Below, piece after piece: positions 1 to 12,033 of a DNA stretch of 64,000 nucleotides (positions are counted from its first letter, which is position 1; each line of letters opens with the position of its first letter). The stretch covers positions 19,330,642-19,394,641 of the forward strand of contig CP154954.1 of the NCBI GenBank assembly GCA_039621445.1, in the 5' to 3' direction. Position numbers and translations under genes: made by a program. The notes beneath the pieces were generated by a model. That model saw only the letters and a list, made by a program, of their open reading frames with translations, was not told where the DNA came from and ran no database searches. Source of the DNA: Euglena gracilis. Lineage: Eukaryota.

Positions 1-3000
1 ATCCCTGGGCCCGTACCCCCCCCCGGGAAACTGTCAGGTGACAGGTCAGCCGGTGCCGGGGACCCTGACAACTTCCTATTATGACAGGTTGGCCAGTAAT
101 GGGACCCTGACAGTTTCCCAGGGGAGGGGGGGCGGCTTAACGTTGCGTGGTCTGGAGCTCTCAGAACCGCCCAGGGAAGTTCAAATGACTGTTAAGACAC
201 CCCACACCGGCTAGACCAGGTGTCACCACAGCATACAGGCACAAACGCCTGGCATATGTGTTTCCTCATAACATCCCATGTTGTATCAACCTTGGATGTC
301 TCTGGAACAATTTTAGGAAGAGAGCGAGCCTTACAAAATACCATGCAGTGTGCCTTTTAAAAAAAAAATGTCGGTCCTAATTGTGTTTGCACAAAATGGT
401 CTGTCGGGAAAATCATGAAAATCGACACGGAGAGAGCAGTTCAAAACCCTGGACCTGGACCGAAACGCTGAGAAATTTTTTTGAAAACTTGAATACAGGA
501 AGAACAAAAAGCTGAAATGAAAGATCGAGCAATAAAAAAGCAAATCTCTTAGACGGCCGGGAATGCACCTTTCTTGTTCAGTCACAAAATTCTGGAAGTT
601 TTAGTGAAAATGCGCATCCGCGCATTCCGGAAGCGAAGTGCGCAGGTGCGCATTCCGGACGGTTCCGTTCCTCTTCCAGACTGGGTGAAAACACCACAAA
701 AATGAGTTGTTTGGATTTAACACGACCACAGGGACCGCCCCTGTGTATACTGCTTCAACTGTGTATCATGCCTGCAGCTGTTGCACGACGACTGTGGCAC
801 AGTGCGTGGCTGGACACACATTCGGCACACTTTACACGACATACGGAACACAGGCGACGCAGGCCAACCTGGACCATAGTGTGCCACCTTGTGTTTACCG
901 ATGTGTCCTGATGGCTTCTGGGGGGGCAGGGCCTGGTGAACCCGGGACGAGTATGGGAAGGAACTCCTGGCAGCCATAGAGAGACAGCCCTTCCAAGGTC
1001 AAAACAACATGTGTCACTGAGCACCTGCGCATTTTTTGGAAACCCAAAAGAATGCGCAGGTGCGCATTTTTTTTTGAATGGACGCAGGCTGTGGGAAGGG
1101 GGAATGCGCGCACGCGCATTGATGTTGAAGGACGCAATGGGGATTGCCTTGAATCCGAGTTGTGCACCGCTATGATGTGGTTTCAGGCTTGCAGAACATG
1201 GGTGCGTGAGGGGGAGATGAACCAAACAAATCACCCTTGGCAACAAAGTCACTGTACCAGGCCACGCCCTGAAACACGACACCTGCAGCGGCGTGGAAAA
1301 CCCTGGGCTCGGCGACAGCGTCTCAAAGCAACAATTCATGTCCTTTAAGGACAAGGGAGCTGCCCCCCTGCAGCTCAAGTCATTGAACAAATCAGAATGC
1401 GCACCTGTCTACGCAGTCCACTGCCCAGCCCAGCCTGCGCTGCTCTTATGAACGTGTGGAGCATGTAACAAAACACTTGCAACCGTCCCCCACCCGTCGG
1501 AGGTGAAGGGCCGGTTGCTGCCAGTGTTGTCCAACCCCACGCCCCAGAGCATGCATGGCAGCACACAGCCAATGGTCACCCTGAACAACCTTACGTTGGG
1601 CTGCAGTGCACGGTGCAAGGAGGGGCAACGCAGAGGATTGCGTCTGGTTCCACATACACGGTGCTCACGGGGTTGGCACCTCGAGAGCAAAAGACACCCA
1701 TCTCCACCTTCAACCTCATTCCCCAAAAACGGTCTGTAAACACAGAACTATTTCACAATCCATGCACTGCACTTTTTTGCGCACATGCACAAAAAAGCGT
1801 CCTGTGGCTTTCTTTAAATTACAACCACGCTGCTGAATTTTTTGCGCTCCCAGGTGGGCCTGCCACCAACCACGCCACCTCCCCCTGCCTAGACTGGGTT
1901 TGAAACCACACGGCTGAAGTGTATACCTCCCTGTGAGGATCGAATGGTGTCCGAGAACGAGCCCTGGAGCGAAACTCGGCAGAGGAGGACCACCACCTGT
2001 GGCCTTGCTGGCAGCAAACGTCACCCACCACACAGAACCCTTATTTATCATGTACTCAGAGTCGATGCTCCAGCACTGAAAACAACACCACCGCTGGCCG
2101 CTGTGAAGACCAAGGAGAGCGCATATACACACACTTTCTCCATGCACCCCATCCGCAATGGCTGCAGTCAAACACAGCACATTGGGGTGAATGCACACAT
2201 GCTCCGTCTTGTGTCTCCCATTAAAGCACCCTGGCAAGAGGTTGCCGCACAGGGCCATGTCTAACAATTCAGCGCACAAGGTGGAGCTGGTGACTGGGTG
2301 ACATCCACCTGTGCAATGAGATGCGCTAACAAAAAGGACAGCGGTGCACCATGAGGGGTCCCCTGTCACAATGCTGTGCTAGCACTTCAGGAGTGCGAGA
2401 CACAGCTCCCCACAACACAGAGAATGCGCACATGCGCACTCCCCCTCACGAAATGCGCAGGTGAGCACTCTTGTGGATGCCCAGTGCAGCTCCCCTCCTG
2501 CTCTGCTACAGATAGAATCACACCAAGCCAGCGAAGAAATGGCCTCAAGAGTGCGTACGTGCGCATTCTTGTGCCTCATGCAACCTCGAGAGGAGTCATT
2601 TTATATCGTTTGTGGGGGTTGTTCTGGAGGGTGCAGTCTGTGACAAAAAGGGGTTGAAGCGGGGTTCCGCTCCGGAGCTTTGGGAACCAGTGACGCAAAC
2701 TAAAGGAGTGCAAGCCAGCAGCCCCCCCCCCCTCCATACCCGGCCGGCACCCCATCCCAACCATCAGACCCAAAGAGTGGTGGGCGACGGTGTATTTAAA
2801 ACCATGCCAGGTGTTTGTAAAAGAGGGATTGGTGCCCTGCCTCAAGGAGCCTGCTGTTTGCATTCCACACGGTGCACTGTACCCCTCCAAAACACATGCA
2901 GGCATAGCATTCCTCCAGCCGTGCACGGTGTCCGCTTTGCATGCGCCTTCTCATAGCACCACGACACATCACCCTGTGGGACCACCTGTGTGACAGCGCG

Positions 3001-5035
3001 TGAAAGTTCTCTAAGACGACCGTCATTTCATTTGTGAGTTATTTTTCCAATCATGGTGTTTCGAAATGAACTTTGGCCATTTAGCACTCCCTTCATTTTG
3101 AAGTGGGCGTCGCTGGGAATATGGGGATTGGGTATGGGGTCTGGGCTGCAGGTACTGGCACCAAAAGCTGCGGAGGTTCTTCCTCTTTTGGCTCCTGTTT
3201 GTGTGTGGACATGAAGGTGCAGGTGGTTTCTTGTGTGTGCCATTGCCAGTTTCACATAGCTTGCTTGCGGTTTCTCCCTCCCTACGATGCATTGGTCATT
3301 GACGAACGGAGGTGCATCCACCCGTATTCAAGAATTTGATCCAATACCATCAATTACATTCATTCACCCCTATTGAATGGATATCGACGTATTTCCCTGG
3401 CACGTTTTATGGAATTTCCGTGGTGCTGGTTTTTGGACTTTGGGTTAATGGATACACATCTAGACTTTGTGTTAATGGATTTAATGCGGTGTGCATCCTA
3501 GACTTTAATGCGGTGTGCATCCTTTGTATTTTTAAGCCACAATTTCCTTTGAAAATAATATTTATTTTATTTTATAGTATATATTTTCTTGAGCGTGCTA
3601 CAACAAAATCCAAAACCCCCACAACAACAGCACCTCTTTCTCTAAAATATGCCTCTGCCCACAAATTATTTTTACTCGCTTTACACTGCAGGCGTCCCTG
3701 TTCGATGTCGCCCACAGGAATCATAATTTTCAAGGCGCCTTAAAAAAAACATTAAAACCTTAAAAGGGGGCCTTAAATTTTTGTGCCAAGATACCGTAAA
3801 ATGCCTGAAAATGCCTTTTGAATAAAAAAAATTCGGGCCGGCATGATTTTCTCCGACCGAGCAAAAATGAAATCGCAAACTCTTGGCTGAAACAGGCCTA
3901 CTCTGGGGAAGAAAAAGATTTCTGGTATCGCTGGTCCATCCAGTGAAAACTCAAAACATGTGTTTTTCGACTTTTTTGACCTTGGGCCATGCAAAATCAA
4001 AAACGTTGGTTCGATGCCTGGACAGCCCTTGGGCCACCCTGGAAAATGGCGCCTTAAAAAGCCTTAGAATGGCTTAAAAAGCCTTAAAAAAAAAAGACTC
4101 AAAATGCCTTAAAAATTTGAAAAAAAGCCCTCAAAAATATTATTTGGTGGACAAACAGGGGGGTGCGGTGGACGAAATGAGACTGCAGGGGAAGGGAGGT
4201 GGAGGCTGGAGCAGCTGAACACGTGTTCGTGGACACGACGTCGACACGGGGCCAAAGGAGGGAGAAGGATGGACTTGGATGCGGTCCGCCAGCACAGCCA
4301 CAACGTTGCAGCGCCACGAGGTGCGCCTCCAACAGGACCAGGAATAGGGGGCACGGTCTATGCGAGCGGGGCAGGCGCCGGGGGATGACCCACCTGGCGG
4401 CAACCACCCAGCAACAACCCCCCCCCCCCGGAGACGATGGTCGCAGCCTCAACTGGTTGGATTGGGATGGATTGGAGACTGTCCGGGGACCCATCCGCTC
4501 AGAAGTTGGTCTTGAATCCATGAGGCATTGAGCCATTCGCTTGCTCACCCCTGCTCCAGCCATCTGCCAGTGCGATTCTGAGAGGCCAACCGCCATTCAA
4601 AATGGCGGTAGGCTCCAGGTATCCTGGGTCTGCGGATGCTCCTGGACCCCGCGCCTTCTCTGCAGGTAGCTGGACACTGACTGTAGGGTGGGGGGGAATC
4701 GCTGATGAGGATTGAAAAAAACGGCCATTGGACTTGTGAGGCGTCCCCTATTCTGGGGGGCGAGGCCCGGACTATTCAGACCACCAAAAAGGGGGATCGT
4801 TCAGGTGAAGTGGCCTTTGTATTCTCTGTCTGAGTCTGAGGCGCTTCTGTCTGGAGGCCGCCTGATGCCTGCCGGCTGCTCATCCCCTGTCCCAGAGGAA
4901 GGAGGCATGGGGGGGTGAGGGGGTGGGTGGAATGAGGGACGGAAACCAGGGGAAACGGGGAAAGGAGAGCGAGGCGGTGCGAGTGTGTTGGGGCCCAAAT
5001 AAAAAGGAGGGAGGGCGGAACAGCGCAGGCGGGGG

Positions 5036-5293
5036 CCGGGCTGCACGGGAAAGCCTGGTGTCGACCCCCCGACCCACCCACCAGGGTCAACTGACCAGCG
5101 CAAAGAACCCCTCCCTTCCACGCCAAAGGCGCTGAAGGAAAAATTTGACCTAAAAACTGGCCCCGAAAATACGGGAAGGCCTGGTGGGGGTGGGGCCTGG
5201 TGGGTGGGGGTCCCCCCACCCACCAGGATGAGGGTTGGGGGTGATCGACCTGCCCACCACCCATAGCGTTGCCGGGATTCCCGTCCAGCCCTG
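5036..5293. mobile_element. MITE (family C); relatives at ~6690-6940, ~13720-13932 and ~40105-40188
   Basis: Imperfect 20-bp TIR CCGGGCTGCACGGGAAAGCC / GGGATTCCCGTCCAGCCCTG; the interior is clearly similar to 6825-6940. Confidence 0.7.
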
Positions 5294-6349
5294 GGTGGGG
5301 GAGGTTCTCTGGGACATCGGGGAGGTCAACAATTTACAGGGGCAAGAGAGGTCAGATGTGGCGGAAGGCTTTCCCAGGCTTTCTTTGTCCGCCAAAGAGG
5401 CAGGGGTGACATTTAACGGGGAAATTGTGCAATGGTGGAGCCTCCTGGGGACAGAACAAATGTCAGGAAACAGAACCCCATGGTTTCGTTCATTGGCAAT
5501 TCACCATGGCACTGAAACAGAAAGAGAAGCACTGATTCAGGCAGCGAATATCCTTCTGGGCACTGCCATCCGTGGTGGGGGAAAAAGACAAGTCTGGACA
5601 GCGTTGCCATAATGGGGTGCAAAAAAATATGGTCAGGGCTCCCTGTAACATTCAAAGAGCAGTTCAGAAGCTGCTTTCAGGAACCGACAGGGGATCGCCA
5701 CCAAGGAGGATCAGGGGCAGAGGGTTGGGGACCGAGCCTTCTTTGGGGGTCAATTTGGGTGGATCAGAAAACTTTCCTGCTCCAAAAAATATATTCTTCA
5801 GCACTCAACTGAAAACTAAACGGTTTAAAAACCCTTCATGAGCACCACCTGCTGTGGCCATTTCCTTGAAGCATTCAATCAACAAATGAAGTTCGGAGTC
5901 AAACGAGAGGTACAGCCTGCCTAACAATGAACACCCCTCCGGCATGCCTTCGATTGGGATGAGGATCAGAACTTCATTTGGACCTGGAGGCCCACCCGCC
6001 TAGAGAGGTCTCGCCTGGGGGTTGCTTGGGGGAGGCAATTTTGGAGTCCACAAACAGAAACACTCCTTCCTGGAAACCCTGGAAACACTCTTTCCAGGGT
6101 TTCCAGGGGGGGGGTTCAGGTAGCAAGGTGGGCCAGAAGCGAAATTAGCGCCGGCCATAAACAAACAAGAAGCCTTAGTGCAACTAAGGGGGGTTCAGGG
6201 TACTCCCTCGGCCCGGCACCCAACCTCGGGGGGGGGGGCTGAGACCCACCCCTCCTCGGGTATGTTTCTAACCCCCCCCCCGTCACCAACCATAAAATCG
6301 GGACGACCAACAGACACAGCGAAGCAGCGCTGGCACGGGCCCGCACGGG

Positions 6350-9300
6350 CTACGCGGAGTAGCCCATGTCGCGCTTGTACTGCAGCTCCTCCGCGGGCGT
6401 GAAGCGGTCGATGTGCCAGTTGGCGGAGCTGGTGCGCGGCCGCTTGTGCTTCGCGTACGTCGGGCCGAAGATGCGGTCCAGGTCCACGCCGGTCCCCAGC
6501 ACGGGGGGCACCCGCGGCGGGGCACGCGTTCTACCAGAGGTTTCTTTTTAGGAGTGGGAGACGGGGGATTTCTTAAGGACCCGTGAGGCTGCTGGCTGGA
6601 AACGAGCTGCTGATTGGATTTTGAGCTGCTGGCTGGCTGGACCCTCCCCCCCCCCCCGGGGATGGGGTCCCCTCCGGCTTAAGAAATCCCCTGGCGGGGG
6701 GGGGGGGTCGGCACACACCCGGGAGGTGCGCGGGGTGGACACCCCCCCACCCACCATGGCACCTGCTCAAATCCTTCAGTGCCAAAAGCGCCGAAGGAAA
6801 ACTTTCACCCAAAGAATCGGCGGAAATACGGGAAGGCCTGGTGGGGGGGGTCAGACCCACCCCCTACCACCCGGATGAGGGTAGGGGGGGGGGGTCGACC
6901 CCCCACCACCCATAGGGTTGTGGGGATTCCCGTACAGCCCTAACCCACCCACACCTAGCACACCCTGGAGCGGGGGGGGGGGGGTTGGCGGCTGGGCCTT
7001 CCCTTCCCCCAGGAAGCTGAACTTCAAAAAAATAAGTTTCCACTTACTCGGCTTCCATTGGACAAACCAGTGTTAATCAGTGGAGAGGACCCATTGTTGA
7101 TAAAGGAGGGAAATCACCGATTTAGGGGAAATTGCCAGCAAAGAAAAATGAGGAAGGAGGTTTAATTACCAGGGGAAAACGTTCGGCAAACAAAAAGCAA
7201 AAAAAAAATGCCCAAGGTCGAAAAAGGTCACCATCGGTTTCCGCTCTCTGGTCGTTGTCGCTCATGGGTCGTTGTCAGTGTTGCCACCTCTGCTCCCAAA
7301 TTGCAAAAAGCAGTTTGATTTCAGGGATGTCAGGGTGGTAAGGGTTTTCACCGACATTACCAAATAATGCAAATATATAATACAATAAAAAACCTGTTAC
7401 TCCATTCCAGTGTTCACTGAACGAAACACCTTGTGGACAATTTTCAAGGAACAAACCTTTGCATAGCAAAAAAAAAAGAATGAACATTGTCCATGCACTT
7501 TATGCACTTAGGGATGTTCATTCCTGAGGGGCCAATTATTTGGGCTTTTGGGTCACAAAAAAAAACTTCAAAGGCTCCGTTAATAAAAACTTCTTTGTCT
7601 TCATTCCGTTTTCTTAACTTCTTTGTTTTCATTCCGTGTTGGCAGATTATTTTTTAAAACTGTCACATTGGACAGTGCCTTCGACGAAGAAATGATGCAG
7701 AAACAAAAAATTCGCGGGGGGGGAAAATGGAAGGGTTATTATTTGGGGAGCTTGCGGAATATGACAGCATATCAATGAAAAGGGGGGCACTGAAATGATC
7801 CACACTCCAACGCGCTGTTTGAGTTCTTGGCAGTACACAAGAAACATTCTTTGGGAAGAGACCCCCTTTAAGCCTCAGAGAGCCGTGCACCCTGTGTTCA
7901 GTGGTGCGAAGATCTCATCAGGATCCCGGCAATGCAAATGCTTTGCACAGGGGGACGGAGCCAGATTCATTCCATCAAAAAAAGGCAAAAACACAATCCA
8001 AGAAATGAATTCAACGAGTCCCTTTGCCAGGCGCCTGGGGGGGGGAGGCAAAGTTGCCAGCTACCAAAGCATGTGAAAGGGAGAAGAGGCGTAAGCATTC
8101 ACATGGCTGCGGTTCTGGGCGGCGAGGGCGTCGTGGATGGCCTGTGACCGGGCCCAGGCGGGCCAGGGTCTAAAGTGAGCAGTGATGAGGGGGGGTCCCT
8201 AACCCTCCGATACCTCTGTAGGGGGGCATGGCCCTTCGTGCGACCGCCCGGGGGACATGGCAGGGGGGCCTTCGGGCCCCCCGGCTTAGTAGGAGCGCAC
8301 CCCCCAGCAACCCAACCCCAAAGGGGAAGCCAGCAGAGAGGGACCCACCCGCGAGGCAGCTGACCGCCCAAACCAACCCCGGACAGGGCATGGAGCGCAG
8401 GTACCAGTATGTAAGTAACTACTGGTACCCAGCAGCACACTACCCACCCGCCACCCGCCCTAAGGCCGAGACTTGGTGACCCGGGTTTACCTAAGCCGCG
8501 GGACCGTGAGACCACATTGGAGTTTTTCAAGTCATGGCGTTGTGCCTGCGCCATGCATCCCCCACACAGAAAAGTGGGAAGAGGGCAGGAGGCAAGAGCA
8601 GCACTGGGGCGCAAGGGTGTAGACCCACCCACGGGAACCACACCAACCACACAAGGTGAGTGTATGTCCCTACAGCGCCGGAATTACACCAGAGTTACTC
8701 ACCCGGCCAGGGGGGCAACAAAAGAGGACCGGTGTAAGGGGTCCCTGGCCACTCACCACACAGCAAACTGGGCCAGAAGCGAAGTTAGCGCCGGCCATAA
8801 ACAGACAAGAAGCCTTAGTGCAACTAAGGGGGTCCCTAACCTCCTTCACGCCCAGGGGGGTCGACCCCCTCCTGCTGGGGGAAAAAAAGCCGGCGCAACG
8901 CGCGGGAATGTTTTTGGGAGGCTACAAAGACAACCCAAATTCGTGCTTTCGGGTGATTCTTTCACCAAATTGGCAAACCCCGATGATGAAAACATTTACA
9001 TTCCGGCACAACGCGCCGCGGAACAAAAAAAATTCCCGGCCCTCCCCCCTGTACAAAACCAATGGTCACTTCGCACCCTGGGCGGGGGGCTGGGCCTTCC
9101 GGCTGGGGTCGTCGGCGGGCGACGCAGCCACGGGCGGCGCGGGGGCGACCGCCGGCTGCGGCTGCGGCTTGGCGGGGGCCGGGGCTGCGTGCTGGGCGGG
9201 GGCGGGCTTCGGGTGGGCGTGCAGCTCGTGGGACCGGGGGGACTTGGGCGTCTGCCGGGGGGACTGAGCCGGGGCGGAGGCAGGGCCCTGAGGCCCCAGG

Positions 9301-9497
9301 CAGAGTTCGAAGCAGACGGTGTCCTCAGCCGGTGATGGGCTCTGCCTCGGCACAGGTATGTGTATGGGTGTGGGTGTGGGTATGGGTATGTGTCGTTTCT
9401 TTTGCGGACTTCATAACTGGGTCTTTTGCGGCACCCATACCCATTCCCATACCACACCCATACCCATACCCATACCCATACCCACACCCATACCCAC

Positions 9498-9541
<44 letters not shown>

Positions 9542-12002
9542 TCATACCCACACCCACACCGATGGTTTTGCCACGCCGTGCACGGCACTTGACTCGCAAG
9601 GAACATTTGTGGCCCTCCGCACTGCGCCTGGATGGACGACCCACAGGCCCTGGGTGTTTGTCATGTTGCCGAGGGGCACTGCCTTCAGGGAGGAGGGCGG
9701 CGGCATAGATACGTGGCGACCTCGGGGGAGAGGGGAACTTCATCCATGGGCCAAGCCCGCCCCCCAACGCAGGCTGAATTTGACCAACCTCGGGAGGGGT
9801 ACGGGGGTGTCGGAGTGCCCTGGAGTGCCTGGGGAGGCAGGCACGACCCCCCCCCCCGCCCTCGGGCCCAAAGTCACACACGAATCCATGGGCGGCGGCA
9901 TGTCGTAATGCGCCGCTGCAGAGCGAGGGGAGCACGGCGGCGGGGGCTGCCGCTGCTTCTTGCTCAGCCGCCGCTCCGGCTCCTCGTGCTGCCGCTTCAG
10001 GCGGTTCTCCTTGTCCTCCTGCGCCTTCCGCGCCTCCTCCCGCCGGGGCGGGCTTTTTTGGGGGTTGTCCACTTCTCTTGCTGGCTGGCTCCCCCTAAAG
10101 TAAAAAGTGCAGCCCTAGCTTCTTTTCCAGATTCCCAGCGGGGACCCCAAAAAATTGTGGTGTCCAAGGGCGGTGGAGAGGACTTGTTATTTATAAAATA
10201 AATATATTGAAAAAGATTGATTTTATTAAAAGCCGCTTCCGTGTAAATTTTTGCTTTGCAACATCATTTGCTCTGAAGCATGGTGCATGCTTTGAACAAT
10301 CATTTGCACTTATTTCTACATACATCAAAAATGTGGTCCAAACTTGGAAAATATCGTGCTTGGTTTGCCCAGTGGCATCCACTTGTGTTTCATTATGCAA
10401 CTATTGCTAATGTGAAATAGGTCCAAAATGTGTGGTGTGCAACCTCCATTTTCCTGGCAGAAGAGCAATTTCAAGCGCAATTGCCCCTCAAATTGGATAG
10501 CAAAGTATGAAAAAAATGTAAACAATGCGAGTTTTTTGCAAATTCTTCATTATGGAAAAAAAACTTCAAGAAAGAGCTTTGCATCATACAAGGAAATGCA
10601 AATGCAAAATATCCAACTTGCATGTCCCCCCCCTGGACACAGGCAGCTCTTTCCTCAAGTCCCCAACCCAAAAATTGCACTGTGGTCCATGCACAAAGAG
10701 CAAAGAAAAAAAGAGAATAATCCAAAAAAGAACCACATTTAGAACCCAAATCAATTAACACCCAAATCCTCCAGGGCACCAGCCTCGAAAGAGGCCTGCC
10801 CTTGTTCACGTTCCTCCCGCATCCGGCGTTCACAGCTTCAGAAAGGCCGGTTTTCCTTTGAGGAAGCACACCAGAGTGGGAGTGCACCCGGGGAACATAA
10901 TGCACGCCGCACTAAGAAGGGTAATTGGTCTCGAGTAGCCCCGGAGTGCTGAGTGTTAATGAACGGTTCACTGGGCAAACAGTGAACCCCCCCCAACTTG
11001 TAACCCACCCCTTGGGCTGACCAACCAAACCTTGACTTATAACCACCTCTGGAGAAGCAAAATGAAAACCGCCGGGGACGATTTTTTCGGCAGCAATCCA
11101 CCCAAAAACTATTTTTTGGAAATTTTTTTTGAGACAGACCATCATCAAAAATGCCGTTTTTGACCAAATTTGCCGAAACTTGCCAATTTCGGGGGGGTTT
11201 TAGGTCACCTTGAGGGGTCAGATTTTCACCAACATTCCTTGATGTATAAACCCCCCCTTTGCCCCTTTGGCTGACCAACCAAACCAGATCCTATAAACCC
11301 CGGGGGTTTATCGGATCTGAATAACTGAAAATCTGGATAACACAGCCATTGCCACTCCGGACGTGCCCTCCTCCCACACAACGACCATCCTGCCCGCTCC
11401 CGCGCCGCCCGGTCCTCCTCCTCGCGCTGCAGCCGCAGCCTCTCCGCCGCCTCCCGGTCCCGTCCCCTGCGGGCCGCCTGTGTGGGTTTCGTGAAGAGTC
11501 GCGACAGCACCAAGGTTCAATAAAAGGGCGGGAGGGGGTCGTCAGACCCCCCCCCCAGTCAGGCAGGGGACTCCCCCCCTCCTGTGCAGTGGCGTGGTCT
11601 GGGTGACCGAAATTCGGCCAGCGCGATGCGGTTTGACCCAAAATGGCCAAATCAAAGTTTGACCCCGCCCAAAAGAGCCAAAAGTGTCAAAAATGTCATT
11701 TCGGGCACTTTTGGGGGCAAACATTGTCAAAAAGCTCAAAAATTCGGCGCAAAGCGCTGGAAGGAAAAAACTGACTTTTTGGGGGGTCTCAGGTACCCCC
11801 CCAGGGTCGGAACAGACCCCTTGGCAGGTGGGGGGTGGTCCGGACCCCCCCTCTGGTCCAGGAGGGGGGGGCTGGGGGGGACACCCCCCCCCTCCTCCAA
11901 CCCGGACCGAGGCAGGTCTCCTGTGTTCCGATGTTGGCCCCTTCCACTGGGAAGGAGGGGCCACCCGGCCTCACCTGGTCAACCGCCCGCCTCAGTTCCC
12001 CG

Positions 12003-12033
<31 letters not shown>

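Noticed and set aside
8517-9335. 272-aa plus-strand ORF
   Set aside because: Antisense shadow of a GC-rich INCENP-like exon plus intron sequence.
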